Program-made: the position numbers and the translations under genes | Assembly (NCBI GenBank): GCA_965277805.1 | Contig: OZ255842.1 | Coordinates: forward strand, 1,312,001 to 1,376,000 | Length of the DNA: 64,000 nt | Direction: 5' to 3' | Source of the DNA: Candidatus Lustribacter sp. | GTDB lineage: Bacteria > Vulcanimicrobiota > Vulcanimicrobiia > Vulcanimicrobiales > Vulcanimicrobiaceae | The notes under the pieces: generated by a model | The model's input: the letters and a program-made list of their open reading frames with translations, nothing else | Databases searched by the model: none | Told to the model about the DNA's origin: nothing | Part shown: positions 31,519 to 42,081 of the stretch, in pieces | Layout: each line of letters starts with the position of its first letter | Numbering within the stretch: the first letter of the stretch is position 1

Positions 31519-34179
31519 GTGACATCTTCGTTTCGCCGTCTGTTTGCCTGCGTTGCCGCGCTGACGCTTCTGGCCGTGCCGCTGACCGCGTCATCGCAAG
31601 ATACCGCCGGCGGGGTCAACATCGCGCACGCGACGCTCTCAAACGGGCTGCAGGTCTACGTGCTGCAAGACCGCCTCTCGCCGGTCGTCTCGATGTACAC
31701 GAACTACCTGACGGGCGCTAACGACGAGCCGATCACGGGCCTCGCCCACGCGCAAGAGCACATGATGTTCCGCGGCAGCAAGACGATCGACGCATCGCAG
31801 TTCTCCGATACCACTGCGATCACCGGCGGATCGTACAACGCCGATACGCAGAACGAGATCACGCAATATTTCTTCGAGATGCCCGCGCAGTATCTCGACA
31901 TAGCGCTCAACCTCGAACGTTCGCGCGCGACCGGCATCCTCGATGCGCAGAGCGGCTGGGACGCCGAACGCGGCGCGATCACGCAGGAAGTCGTGCGCGA
32001 CAATTCCGGCGCCTCGTACCGGCTCTACGTGCAGATGATCCACCACATCCTCGCCGGCACGCCGTACGCCGACGAAGGTCTCGGCACGGTCGACACGTTC
32101 AAGAAAATCCAAGCGCCCGACCTCAAACGTTTTTATGCGCGCTGGTACCATCCCAACAACGTGATCATGGTGATCGCCGGCGACGTCGATCCGCAAACGA
32201 CGATCGCCAAAGTGCGGTCGCTCTTCGGCTCGATTCCGGCGGCGCCGCTACCGCCGCGCAAGAGCGTGCACTTGCAACCGCTCACGCCGGTCACGCTGCG
32301 CGACAACAGCTCGGATGACATCACGCTCGCGATGGTCGGTTACCGCGTTCCCGGCTACGACGATCCCGATTACTACGCATCCGAAATTCTCAACGACGTG
32401 CTCAACAGCCCGCGCGGCGCGCTCTATGCCTTACAGGCCACGGGAAAATCGCTCGGAACGTTCGCGCAGGCGTCGACCCATCCGGGCGCCGGTATGTCGC
32501 TCGTCGGTTCCGCGGTTCCGGTAACGACGCCGGGCGACACCGCGGTAGCCGACGTCAAAGCCGTGATCGACGCCTACAAACAGAGCGGCTTGCCGCCCGA
32601 ACTCGTTGCCGTGGCGAAGGCGCGCGAACTCGCGCAAGCGCAATCTGCGAGCAACTCGATCAACGGTCTCGCGCAACTGTGGAGCCAAGAGCTGGCGGTC
32701 GAACACCGCACGCCGGATGACGAACTCGCGGGGCTCCAAAAAGTCAGCGTCGACGACGTCAATCGCGTCCTGCGGAAGTATTACGACAACGCCACGGCCA
32801 CGGTCGCGGTCGCGACGCCGAAGGCGGCGTCGGGGTCGGCATTCGGCGGCCGCGAAGGCGAGGACAACAGCGTTCCACCGACCGCGCATACCGCGCTTCC
32901 GGCGTTCGCTCGCAACGTGCTCGCACAACTGCACGTTCCCCAATCCGCCGTGCATCCGACGCAGCAAACGCTGCCCAACGGCATCAACCTGATCACCGTG
33001 CAGAGTTCGATCTCGCCGACGGTCGTGCTGCGCGGTGAAATCCGCAGCAATGCCGACGTGCAGGCGCCCCCGGGCAAAGACGGCGTCGACGACATCCTCA
33101 ACGGACTCTTTCAATACGGCACGACGACCTACGATCGCATCGCGTATCAGACCGAACTCGATAAGATCGCGGCCGACGTGAGCGCCGGCAGCGCCTTCAG
33201 TCTCAACGTGCTGGCGAAGGATTTCGATCGCGGCGTGACGCTGCTCGCCGATGACGAACTGCATCCTGCGCTGCCGGCCGATGCGTTCGCGATCGTCAAA
33301 GCGCAAGCGGTCGGCCAGCTCACCGGGTCCGTGCAAAGCCCGGATTTCAAGGCCCGGCGTGCGCTGGCCAATGCGCTCTATCCGGCCGGCGATCCCGCGC
33401 GCCGCCAGGCGACGCCCGACACCGCCGGCACCGTGACGCTCGACGACGTGAAGAATTACTACGCGTCGACGTTCCGGCCCGATATCACGACGATCGTGGT
33501 CGTCGGTGACGTGACGCCGGAACACGCGCGCGCGACGGTGCAAGCGGCGTTCGGCGGCTGGACGGCCAGCGGTCCCCCGCCGGATGTCTATCCGCCGGCC
33601 ATCCCGCGCAACGCGCCCTCGCAGGCCATGATCCCGGCGACCGGACGCATTCAGTCCGACGTAACGCTGGCTCAAACGCTGCCGCTTACCTATAACGATC
33701 CGGACTATCCGGTGCTTCAGCTCGCGAACGCCGCGCTGAGCGGCGGTTTCGGCTCCCTGCTCTATCACGATGTCCGCGAAGTGCACGGCTATGCCTACTC
33801 CGTCTCCACGTCGGTTGCGGGCGGCCATAACCGCTCGACGTTCCGGGTGAACTTCGGGGCGTATCCGCAGAACGCGGACCGTGCCAAACAGCTGATCGTT
33901 ACGGATCTCGCATCACTGCAAAAGAAAGACTTGCCCGCGGACCGGCTCATCCGGGCGAAGGCGCTGCTGATCGGCGAATTGCCGGTGCGCAGCGAATCGT
34001 ACGACGGGGTGGCGAGTACGCTGCTCGCGTATGCGGTCACCGGCCGCCCGCTGGATACGGATCGGCGCTACGCGCAAACGGAACTCGCCGCATCGGCGGG
34101 CGCCGTGCGAGCCGCGATGGCCAAGTGGATTCGCCCGCAAGGCTTTGCCGTCGTCACCCAGGGACCGGCAGGCCGCTAA
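31519..34179 (+). CDS. M16 family zinc peptidase (pitrilysin-like), secreted
   Basis: Signal peptide, GLAHAQEHMMFRGS (HxxEH), two-lobed repeat, C-terminal VREVHGYAY. Confidence 0.93.
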   Translation: MTSSFRRLFACVAALTLLAVPLTASSQDTAGGVNIAHATLSNGLQVYVLQDRLSPVVSMYTNYLTGANDEPITGLAHAQEHMMFRGSKTIDASQFSDTTAITGGSYNADTQNEITQYFFEMPAQYLDIALNLERSRATGILDAQSGWDAERGAITQEVVRDNSGASYRLYVQMIHHILAGTPYADEGLGTVDTFKKIQAPDLKRFYARWYHPNNVIMVIAGDVDPQTTIAKVRSLFGSIPAAPLPPRKSVHLQPLTPVTLRDNSSDDITLAMVGYRVPGYDDPDYYASEILNDVLNSPRGALYALQATGKSLGTFAQASTHPGAGMSLVGSAVPVTTPGDTAVADVKAVIDAYKQSGLPPELVAVAKARELAQAQSASNSINGLAQLWSQELAVEHRTPDDELAGLQKVSVDDVNRVLRKYYDNATATVAVATPKAASGSAFGGREGEDNSVPPTAHTALPAFARNVLAQLHVPQSAVHPTQQTLPNGINLITVQSSISPTVVLRGEIRSNADVQAPPGKDGVDDILNGLFQYGTTTYDRIAYQTELDKIAADVSAGSAFSLNVLAKDFDRGVTLLADDELHPALPADAFAIVKAQAVGQLTGSVQSPDFKARRALANALYPAGDPARRQATPDTAGTVTLDDVKNYYASTFRPDITTIVVVGDVTPEHARATVQAAFGGWTASGPPPDVYPPAIPRNAPSQAMIPATGRIQSDVTLAQTLPLTYNDPDYPVLQLANAALSGGFGSLLYHDVREVHGYAYSVSTSVAGGHNRSTFRVNFGAYPQNADRAKQLIVTDLASLQKKDLPADRLIRAKALLIGELPVRSESYDGVASTLLAYAVTGRPLDTDRRYAQTELAASAGAVRAAMAKWIRPQGFAVVTQGPAGR

Positions 34180-34736
34180 AGCAGCCGCGCCTCGAGGGCC
34201 GCGCGCAGCGGCGAGTCCGGTTCGTGGTAGCGCTGTGCGAACTTGGTGAGCATTTGGCCGGTGAGGCCCCACACGTGCACGTCGCCGTAGTCGAAGATCG
34301 CGGTCTGGATGGCGCGGTCCTCGACGACCTCGACGCCCGGATGTACCGCGCCCGGCGCCAGAATCGCCGCCAGCGGAACGAGGTGAGCCGCCGAGGCTTC
34401 GTTGAGGTCGACGACCAGCGGAGTGCCCGGCGCGACGACCCCGATGAAGGCCGTGACGTTGAAGATGTTCGTCCGCTGCCGGAGGGGTTCGAGCTGTCCG
34501 ACGATCGTGATCGCCGCGGGCTGGATCCCGATCTCTTCATATAGCTCGCGCGTTCCGGCGCGCGCCAGGTCGCCCTCGTCCGCGTCATCGACGGCCCCGC
34601 CGGGAAACGCGATCTGGCCCGCATGGCGGCGCAGATGGGTGGCGCGCTCGACGAAGACAACCTCGTGCGGCGGGTTTGCGAAAATCGGGATGACGACCGC
34701 GGCCAGGCGCCGCGGCGCCTCTGCGCTCTCAGTCAT
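34176..34736 (-). CDS. Nudix CoA pyrophosphatase family
   Basis: LRRHAGQIAFPGG...RELYEEIG and VWGLTG. Confidence 0.9.
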   Translation of the reverse strand: MTESAEAPRRLAAVVIPIFANPPHEVVFVERATHLRRHAGQIAFPGGAVDDADEGDLARAGTRELYEEIGIQPAAITIVGQLEPLRQRTNIFNVTAFIGVVAPGTPLVVDLNEASAAHLVPLAAILAPGAVHPGVEVVEDRAIQTAIFDYGDVHVWGLTGQMLTKFAQRYHEPDSPLRAALEARLL

Positions 34737-34798
34737 CGCTTCTAAGAGTGCGATCCGGGGGAAGGCGGTTCCTCATCTCCGGGGCGTATACAGGCCGT

Positions 34799-35212
34799 AT
34801 GAAACTCTCCCGCGCGTTGCCCGTCATCGCCCTCAGCCTCATCGCGTCTGCGGCACTGTCCACGCACTCGCTCTCCGCCCAAAGCGGCGGCGCCTATACG
34901 TCCGATCAGGCCAAAGCCGGTGCCGCGATCTATGCCGCACAGTGCTCCATGTGTCACGGTCAAAAACTCGAAGGAGGCGCCGGCCCGCAACTCGCTGGGT
35001 CGGACTTCATCGGCAAGTGGACCGGTCAAACGGCCGACGATTTGCGCGACGTCATCGCGACCCAAATGCCGCTGACGAGTCCCGGCAGCCTCAAGCCGGA
35101 CCAAGTGCTGCAAGTGCTCTCATACATTTTGCAACAGAATGGCTACCCGGCCGGTGACAGTGCGTTGACCGCTCCCAAAACGAAGACCGTGAAGATCGTT
35201 AAGCAGGGCTGA
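34799..35212 (+). CDS. Class I cytochrome c
   Basis: Signal peptide, CSMCH heme motif, GPQLAG, distal MP. Confidence 0.9.
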   Translation: MKLSRALPVIALSLIASAALSTHSLSAQSGGAYTSDQAKAGAAIYAAQCSMCHGQKLEGGAGPQLAGSDFIGKWTGQTADDLRDVIATQMPLTSPGSLKPDQVLQVLSYILQQNGYPAGDSALTAPKTKTVKIVKQG

Positions 35213-35287
35213 ATATAGCCCGCAAGAAGTTTTCAGCTTTAACGGAGGCGGAGGGTAGCCAGTGCCGCCCTCGCGAAATTTCCGGTC

Positions 35288-35743
35288 ATGGTAAAGCTGA
35301 CGGTTAATGGTACTGATCACGTTTTAGATGTTCCGGATGAGATGCCGCTCTTGTGGGCCGTTCGTGACGTCGTCGGGCTGACGGGCACGAAGTTCGGCTG
35401 CGGCATCGCAGCCTGCGGCGCGTGCACGATGCACGTCGACGGCGCGGCGGTGCGCACGTGCGTGCTGCCGGTGAAAAACGCCGTCGGCAAAAAGATCACG
35501 ACGATCGAAGGCCTCGCTCCGGTCGACAAACCGCATCCGGTGCAAGCCGCGTGGGTCGCGCAGAACGTGCCGCAGTGCGGTTACTGTCAGTCGGGCCAGA
35601 TCATGGCCGCGGCCGCGCTGATCGAGAAGAAGCCGCATCCGACCGATGCGGACATCGACGTTGCGATGACCAATATTTGCCGCTGCGGCTGCTACCCGCG
35701 CATCAAGTCCGCGATCAAAGCCGCCGCCGCGAGCATTGCATGA
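35288..35743 (+). CDS. (2Fe-2S) small subunit of isoquinoline 1-oxidoreductase/xanthine dehydrogenase family (IorA-like)
   Basis: [30 protein letters not shown]. Confidence 0.93.
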   Translation: MVKLTVNGTDHVLDVPDEMPLLWAVRDVVGLTGTKFGCGIAACGACTMHVDGAAVRTCVLPVKNAVGKKITTIEGLAPVDKPHPVQAAWVAQNVPQCGYCQSGQIMAAAALIEKKPHPTDADIDVAMTNICRCGCYPRIKSAIKAAAASIA

Positions 35744-37872
35744 CCGCCGCTCTCGAACGCAAGGATTTTCTGCGCGTTTTCGCCGTTGCGGGCGCCGGGC
35801 TTGCGCTCGGTCTCGAGTTCACGCCGGCCGCGGGCGAAAGCGCTCCGGCGGATTTCTCGCCGGTCGTGTGGTTGAAGATGCATCCCGACGGGCGCACCAC
35901 AGTCGTCCTGAATTCCAGCGAAATGGGTCAGGGCGTCGCAACGTCGCTGCCGATGATGCTCGCAGACGAGCTCGACATCCCGATGTCGACCGTCTCGTTT
36001 GAGTTTTCGCCTGCGACGCTTCCATACTACAACCCGGTGCTCAAGGGTCTCGAAACCGACGGCAGCCGCACGACCCCAACGATGGGTCCGGTGATGCGCA
36101 AGGCTGGAGCGACGGCGCGCGCGATGCTGGTCGCGGCGGCCGCTCAACGCTGGAGCGTCGACCCGAAAACCTGCACGACCCTCAACGGCGTCGTGACCGG
36201 CCCGACCGGTCAAAAGGCAAAGTACGCCGATCTGATCGCGCTCGCAGCGACGCTGCCCGTACCGGCCGACGTGCCGCTGAAAACGTTCGATCAGTTCCGC
36301 ATCATCGGCACGCGGCGCGGGCGCCTCGATGCCGGACCGAAGTCCGACGGGCGCGCGATGTACGGCATGGACGTCAAGGTTCCGGGAATGAAGTACGCGT
36401 CGATCGAGAAGCCGCACCAGATTGGCGCCACCGTGGCGTCGTTCGACGCAACGGCCGCACTCAAAGTGCACGGCGTGCGCAAGGTCGTCCAAGTGCCGCA
36501 AGGCGTGGCGGTGATCGCCGACAACACGTGGGCTGCTTTCCAGGGCCGCAAGGCATTGAAGATCGTTTGGCAAGACGGCCCCAACGCGAAGGTCAGCACC
36601 GCGTCGATCTATGCGGCCGCCCACGACGCGGTCAAGACGCCGGGACTCACGCAAAAGAAAATCGGTGACGTCGACGCGGCGCTGGCGACCGGAAAGACGA
36701 TCCAGGCATCGTACGAGTCACCGTATCTGGCGCACGCCACGATGGAGCCGCTGAACGCGACCGCCGACGTGCGCGCCGACCGCGTGACCATCTGGACCGG
36801 CTCGCAGGCGCAGACCCAGGCTCAGAAACTCGCTTCGACCATCACCGGCATTCCGATCGAAAACATTGCCGTCAACACGGTCTTCCTGGGCGGCGGCTTC
36901 GGCCGGCGCGGCTGGTCTGACTTTGTCGGCGACGCGGTGACCGTTTCGAAGGCCGTCGGCATGCCGATCAAAGTCGTGTGGTCGCGCGAAGACGATATCA
37001 ACAACGACCGCTTCCGCGGCGGCTCGGCGCACCAACTCACGGGCACGTTGTCGCCCGACGGTAAGATCGTCGCGCTGCGCCATACGATGGCGAGCGAGTC
37101 GCACGTGCATCAAGAGCTGCCGTTCATCATGACGCCCGCCGGTTTGGACCCGCTCGCGGGCAACGGAAGTACCAACCACCCCTACCAGGTCGCGAACCAG
37201 CTCATGAGCTGGCACGAACTGCTGGCATTCAACGCGATGCCGGTCGGGTTTTGGCGTGCCCCGTACGCCAACGTCAACGTGTTCGCAACGGAGTCGTTCA
37301 TCGACGAATTGGCGCACGCGGCGGCGCAAGACCCGGTCGCGTTCCGTCTGGCGAATATGGACCCGTCAGCGCGGGCCTCAAACGTGTTGCGCCGCGCCGC
37401 GGATCTCGCGAAGTGGAGCACGGCGCCGCAGGCAGGCCGCGCGCGTGGCATTGCGGTGGCGAACGTTGCGAACGGCTGGATCGCCACGGCGGCCGAAGTC
37501 TCGCTGGTCGATAACAAGCCGAAGGTCCACCGTGTCTGGAATTCGGTCGATGTCGGGCAGCCGATCAACCTCGACGGCCTCGAACAGCAGATCTCGAGCG
37601 CGGTCATCTTCGGTCTGGGCGCTGCGCTGATCGGGAAGATCACGTTCGAGAACGGAACGCCGATGCAAACGAACTTCGACGCGTATCATATCCTGAAGAT
37701 GGCCGACACGCCGGAGATCATCACGGACATCGTTCCCAGTCATGAAAACTCGTCCGGCGCGGGCGAAACGGCCGTGCCTTGCGTCATGGCGGCGGTCACG
37801 AACGCGATCTTCGCTCTGAACGGCAAGCGCATTCGGACGCTGCCCATTAGCGACGCGCTGGCGACGGCCTAG
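35740..37872 (+). CDS. Molybdopterin-binding large subunit (IorB-like), copy 1
   Basis: [28 protein letters not shown]; start ATG 35740 overlaps the iorA stop. Confidence 0.93.
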   Translation: MTAALERKDFLRVFAVAGAGLALGLEFTPAAGESAPADFSPVVWLKMHPDGRTTVVLNSSEMGQGVATSLPMMLADELDIPMSTVSFEFSPATLPYYNPVLKGLETDGSRTTPTMGPVMRKAGATARAMLVAAAAQRWSVDPKTCTTLNGVVTGPTGQKAKYADLIALAATLPVPADVPLKTFDQFRIIGTRRGRLDAGPKSDGRAMYGMDVKVPGMKYASIEKPHQIGATVASFDATAALKVHGVRKVVQVPQGVAVIADNTWAAFQGRKALKIVWQDGPNAKVSTASIYAAAHDAVKTPGLTQKKIGDVDAALATGKTIQASYESPYLAHATMEPLNATADVRADRVTIWTGSQAQTQAQKLASTITGIPIENIAVNTVFLGGGFGRRGWSDFVGDAVTVSKAVGMPIKVVWSREDDINNDRFRGGSAHQLTGTLSPDGKIVALRHTMASESHVHQELPFIMTPAGLDPLAGNGSTNHPYQVANQLMSWHELLAFNAMPVGFWRAPYANVNVFATESFIDELAHAAAQDPVAFRLANMDPSARASNVLRRAADLAKWSTAPQAGRARGIAVANVANGWIATAAEVSLVDNKPKVHRVWNSVDVGQPINLDGLEQQISSAVIFGLGAALIGKITFENGTPMQTNFDAYHILKMADTPEIITDIVPSHENSSGAGETAVPCVMAAVTNAIFALNGKRIRTLPISDALATA

Positions 37873-37884
37873 ACCGGCAATCGC

Positions 37885-40008
37885 GTGACCACGGCTCTCG
37901 ATCGCAAAGACTTTCTGCGCATCTTCGCCGTGGCCGGTGCCGGGCTCGCGCTCGGCGTCGAGTTCGCGCCGGCGCAGGCCGAAGCGGCGGCGGCACCGTC
38001 GTTCGTGCCGATGGCCTGGATCGAAATGGGGAACGACGGCCTAACGACGGTCGTCATCAACCAAAGCGAACTCGGTCAAGGCATTACGACGGCGCTCTCC
38101 ATGTGCGTTGCCGACGAACTCGATGTACCGATGTCGAGCGTGCGTTTCCGCATGGCGCCGGCCGAAACGAAATACTATAACCCCGTCTCGAACGCGATGG
38201 GCACCGGCGGCAGTAAGAGCACGCCGACGATGTCGCCGGTGATGCGCAAAGCCGGTGCCACTGCGCGCGCGATGCTCGTGACCGCGGCTGCAACGAAATG
38301 GGGCGTCGATCCCGCGGCGTGCACGACGTCGAACGGCGTCGTGTCGGGGCCGGCCGGACAAAAGGCGAAGTACGTTGACCTCTTGACCGCCGCGGCATCG
38401 GTGCCGGTACCGGCTACCGTCACGCTGAAGACGGCCGATCAGTACAAGATCATCGGCACGCGTCAGCCGCGCCTCGACGTCAAGCCGAAGTCGAACGGCA
38501 CGGCCGTTTACGGCATCGACGTCAAGGTGCCGGGCATGAAGTACGCCTCGATCGAGAAGCCGCTGCAGATCGGCGGCACGGTCGCGTCGTTCGATGCAAG
38601 CGACACGCTCAAGGTCCCCGGCGTGCGTCGAGTTCTCCAAGTGCCCTCGGGCGTTGCGGTGATCGCCGACAACACGTGGGCGGCGTTCCAAGGCCGCAAG
38701 GCGCTGCGCGTGACGTATGCGCCCGGTCCGAACGCCGGGCTCACGACCGAATCGTTGTACGCGAAAGCGCGCGCGCTGGCCAAAACGCCGGGCGGCGTGC
38801 TCAAGAGCGCCGGCGACGTTACCTCGCCGCTCAGCGGAACGGTCGTGACCGCGATGTACGAGACGCAGTATCTCGCGCACGCGCCGATGGAACCGATGAA
38901 TACCACCGCCGACGTGCGCGCCGATCGCGTCACGATTTGGACGCCGACGCAGGCACAAACGAAATCCCAGGCGGTCGCTGCTGCGATCGCGGGCGTGCCG
39001 ATAACCGCGGTGACGGTCAACACCACGTTCGTCGGCGGCGGCTTTGGCCGGCGCGGCGAAACCGACTACGTTGCCGACGCCGTCGCGACGTCGAAAGCCG
39101 CCGGCATCCCGATCAAGCTGATGTGGACGCGCGAAGACGACATCCGCAACGATCCCTACCGCGGCGGCACCGTCTCATCATGCGTCGCGGCGCTGACGCC
39201 GGACGGCACGCTCTCGACGCTCAAGCAGACCGTCGTGAGCTCGTCGATCAACATTCGCACAAGTCCGGCGCTGATGAAGAACGGCGTCGACACCGCGGCC
39301 GGGAACGGCATGACCAACACGGCCTATAACGTTCCGAATCTGCTGGTCGACTGGCATCTGCTCGACGTGGCGATTCCGGTCGGTCACTGGCGCGCGCCGT
39401 ATGCCAACGCGAACACGTTCGTCACTGAATCGTTCATGGACGAACTCGCGCACACCGCCGGCAAAGACCCGGTCGCGTTCCGCTTGGCGATGATGGAGCC
39501 GGATTCGCGTGCGCGCACCGTGCTCGAACGCGCGACGAAACTGGCCAATTGGGGCGCCACGCTGCCGGTGGGACACGCGCAGGGCGTGGCCATGGGTCAG
39601 TGGGACGGCGCGTGGATCGCTATGGTCGCCGAGATCTCGTTGCCCGGCGGCAAGCTCAAAGTCCACAAGCTAACGGCGACGGTCGACGTCGGTCAGCCGA
39701 TCAACATCGACGGCCTCGAGCAGCAGATCCCGAGCGCGATGGTCTACGCGCTTTCGGCCGCGCTCGGCGGCAAGATCACGTTCGCCGACGGTGGCGCCGT
39801 GCAGAAGAACTTCAACGATTTCACCGTGCTGCACATGAACGACTCGCCGCAATTCGTGGTCGACATCGTACGCAGCACCGGCAAATCGACCGGTGCGGGT
39901 GAAATCGGCACGCCGGCCGTCGCGCCCGCGCTGGCGAACGCGATCTTCAGGCTGACCGGCAAGCGTCTGCGGACGCTGCCGCTCACCGACGCCCTAGCAA
40001 CCGCTTAG
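37885..40008 (+). CDS. Molybdopterin-binding large subunit (IorB-like), copy 2
   Basis: [30 protein letters not shown]; clearly paralogous to copy 1. Confidence 0.93.
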   Translation: MTTALDRKDFLRIFAVAGAGLALGVEFAPAQAEAAAAPSFVPMAWIEMGNDGLTTVVINQSELGQGITTALSMCVADELDVPMSSVRFRMAPAETKYYNPVSNAMGTGGSKSTPTMSPVMRKAGATARAMLVTAAATKWGVDPAACTTSNGVVSGPAGQKAKYVDLLTAAASVPVPATVTLKTADQYKIIGTRQPRLDVKPKSNGTAVYGIDVKVPGMKYASIEKPLQIGGTVASFDASDTLKVPGVRRVLQVPSGVAVIADNTWAAFQGRKALRVTYAPGPNAGLTTESLYAKARALAKTPGGVLKSAGDVTSPLSGTVVTAMYETQYLAHAPMEPMNTTADVRADRVTIWTPTQAQTKSQAVAAAIAGVPITAVTVNTTFVGGGFGRRGETDYVADAVATSKAAGIPIKLMWTREDDIRNDPYRGGTVSSCVAALTPDGTLSTLKQTVVSSSINIRTSPALMKNGVDTAAGNGMTNTAYNVPNLLVDWHLLDVAIPVGHWRAPYANANTFVTESFMDELAHTAGKDPVAFRLAMMEPDSRARTVLERATKLANWGATLPVGHAQGVAMGQWDGAWIAMVAEISLPGGKLKVHKLTATVDVGQPINIDGLEQQIPSAMVYALSAALGGKITFADGGAVQKNFNDFTVLHMNDSPQFVVDIVRSTGKSTGAGEIGTPAVAPALANAIFRLTGKRLRTLPLTDALATA

Positions 40009-40946
40009 CGCAAGAAGAGTTCGCGCGCGTCGAAGGCTTTGTCGATCGCCTTCGACTTCGCCATTTCATCGATCACCGGTTGCACGAGTTTCGGATCCAG
40101 CGTGAGGCCCTGCTCGACGCGCGTCATCTTCCGCACCGTAGCCGCATCGACCGACGTGAAGGTTGCGATGAGATCGACCGTTTGGTCGTGATGGCTGTTG
40201 CAGTAGGCGGCTGCATCGCGCGTTGCTTTCGTGAACGCATCGATCGCCGGACGGTGAGCGGCCGCGTAGTCGGACGCCGCAAACCAAGCTGTGTAGAGCC
40301 AGCGCGGCGCGATCGACATCAGCGGATGCGTGAGCAGCCGCAACCGCGGATCGATCAACGCGACTTCGACGGCCGGCTCGTTCATCGAACCGGCGTCGAC
40401 GCGGCCGGTCGCGATGGCTTCGACCATTGCACTGATCGGCAACTCGACGAATTTCAACGAAGCGGGGTCGCCGCCGTTTTTCTCCATCCACGTGCGCGCT
40501 GAGATCGTGTAGATGTCGCCGATGCCGTAGACGCCGAACGTCTTGCCGTTGAGGTCGGCGCCGGTCTTGATCGGAGAATCGGTCTTCACGAACATGCCGT
40601 CGATCGGCGCCGCGCTCGTGTAGACGCCGGCCGGCGCGACGATGACGATTTTCAAGCCCTTGGCGTAGGCTTGGATGAGCGGCGTGATGCTCGACTTGCC
40701 GACCTGATACGCGCCGCCGGCGACGCCGGCGGTGATCGCGGGCCCGCTGCGTTCGGGGGTTACGGTGACCTCGAGTCCGTTGCGCTTGTAGAGCCCGCTC
40801 TGCACGGCGTAGAGCACCGGCGTGATCGAGTCTTCCGGAACGCCCGCAACGGCGAGCGGCGTGAACGTTTGTGCGCCGGCCGTTTGCGGCAGCGCCAGCG
40901 CGGCGGCGGTGGTCATGCCGAGCATGTTCCGCCGCGAGAGGGTCAC
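40005..40946 (-). CDS. ABC transporter substrate-binding protein (NMT1/SsuA family), Tat-like signal
   Basis: SRRNML signal, IKTGADLNGKT, GRVDAG. Confidence 0.85.
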   Translation of the reverse strand: MTLSRRNMLGMTTAAALALPQTAGAQTFTPLAVAGVPEDSITPVLYAVQSGLYKRNGLEVTVTPERSGPAITAGVAGGAYQVGKSSITPLIQAYAKGLKIVIVAPAGVYTSAAPIDGMFVKTDSPIKTGADLNGKTFGVYGIGDIYTISARTWMEKNGGDPASLKFVELPISAMVEAIATGRVDAGSMNEPAVEVALIDPRLRLLTHPLMSIAPRWLYTAWFAASDYAAAHRPAIDAFTKATRDAAAYCNSHHDQTVDLIATFTSVDAATVRKMTRVEQGLTLDPKLVQPVIDEMAKSKAIDKAFDARELFLR

Positions 40947-41614
40947 TATGGGGCCGGCGCCTCGGCGGCGGGTGCGTTTTGCGCGGCCTCTTCGGCGGCC
41001 GCGGCCACGGCGACGACCTCTTCGTATGCGGCTTCGGTCTCTGCTAAGAACTGTTGTGCAGCCTCGAGTGCGGCACGTGCGCGGTTCACGGCTTCTTGGG
41101 CGGTGGCGACGCTGGCCGACCGCAGTGCGACCTGCAGCGTGCGCATCGCTTTGGCGGCCGCTTCGCGCAGCTCGTCGACGGTCTTGCCGTTGGCCGGATA
41201 TTGCGCGATGCCGCAGCTCGGGGCCAGCACTTCCTCGTTCTTGCCGGCGCGCATCGGCTCGGCGATGCTGGTGCGCAGTTTCGAAGCCAGCGCCAGCGTC
41301 TCGAACTTGCTCGAGAGGCCGCGGAAGACGACCATGAACTCATCGCGGTCGACGCGCCCGACGATGTCTTGCGGCCGCAGGCATTCGGCGATGCGATTGG
41401 CGGCTTCGCGCAGCAGATGGTCGGTCACAACGCTGCCGTACGCTTCCTTGAGCAGTGCGAAGCCATCAAAGCCGATGTAGCCGAAGGCAATCAGCTCGCC
41501 GTCGGCAGCGGCTGCGACGGCCTCTGCGGCCGCAGCGTCGAGGGCTTCGCGCGTGAGCACGCCGGTCAGGCGGTCGATATCCGGATTGGCGGGGGTGGGC
41601 GCTTTGTCGGCCAT
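40946..41614 (-). CDS. Degenerate GGDEF-domain protein with C-terminal Ala-rich coil
   Basis: DRLTGVL...LRPQDIVGRVDRDEF...GIAQYP; start ATG 41614. Confidence 0.8.
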   Translation of the reverse strand: MADKAPTPANPDIDRLTGVLTREALDAAAAEAVAAAADGELIAFGYIGFDGFALLKEAYGSVVTDHLLREAANRIAECLRPQDIVGRVDRDEFMVVFRGLSSKFETLALASKLRTSIAEPMRAGKNEEVLAPSCGIAQYPANGKTVDELREAAAKAMRTLQVALRSASVATAQEAVNRARAALEAAQQFLAETEAAYEEVVAVAAAAEEAAQNAPAAEAPAP

Positions 41615-41653
41615 ATGGGTACGGTGGTTCCCTTTCGGTGGGTCGCGCTCCGT

Positions 41654-41695
41654 TAAAAGGCAACGCGCGCGGGCCGCAAGGGCACGCGCGCGTTG
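41654..41695 (-). terminator. Intrinsic terminator after the zinc-ribbon gene
   Basis: CAACGCGCGCG...CGCGCGCGTTG stem followed by CCTTTTAA on the minus strand. Confidence 0.6.
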
Positions 41696-41718
41696 GTTGG
41701 CTTTAGGCCGAGGGGAGG

Positions 41719-42081
41719 TTAGCGGTACGAACCGCCGCCGCCGCCGCCGCCACCGCGCGACTGGAAGCAGTCGCGGCAGTAAACCGGCTTGTCGCCGCGC
41801 GGTTGGAACGGCACGGAGGCCTTGCCGCCGCACTGGCTGCACTTCACTTCGAACATCTCGCGGGGGGCGCGATCGCCACCGTAGCTGCCGCCGCCGCCGC
41901 CCGAGCTGTAGCTCGAACCGCCGCCGCCGGCTCCACGTTGAGCTTTACGCGCCGCGCGGCAATCCACGCAACGGTTCGGCTTATTGGTGAAGCCCTTCGA
42001 GGCGAAAAACTCTTGTTCGCCGGTGCTGAACGTGAAGGGTGCGCTGCAATCAACGCAATTGAGGGTTTCATCGGTATACAT
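41719..42081 (-). CDS. Zinc-ribbon + CxxC-x17-CxxC domain protein
   Basis: CVDC...EQEFFASKGFTNKPNRCVDCR and CSQCG...VPFQPRGDKPVYCRDCF with Gly-rich linkers. Confidence 0.92.
   Translation of the reverse strand: MYTDETLNCVDCSAPFTFSTGEQEFFASKGFTNKPNRCVDCRAARKAQRGAGGGGSSYSSGGGGGSYGGDRAPREMFEVKCSQCGGKASVPFQPRGDKPVYCRDCFQSRGGGGGGGGSYR

Noticed and set aside
35213-35287. Moco riboswitch upstream of the molybdoenzyme genes
   Set aside because: Only 75 bp with one simple hairpin; too short and no recognisable consensus.
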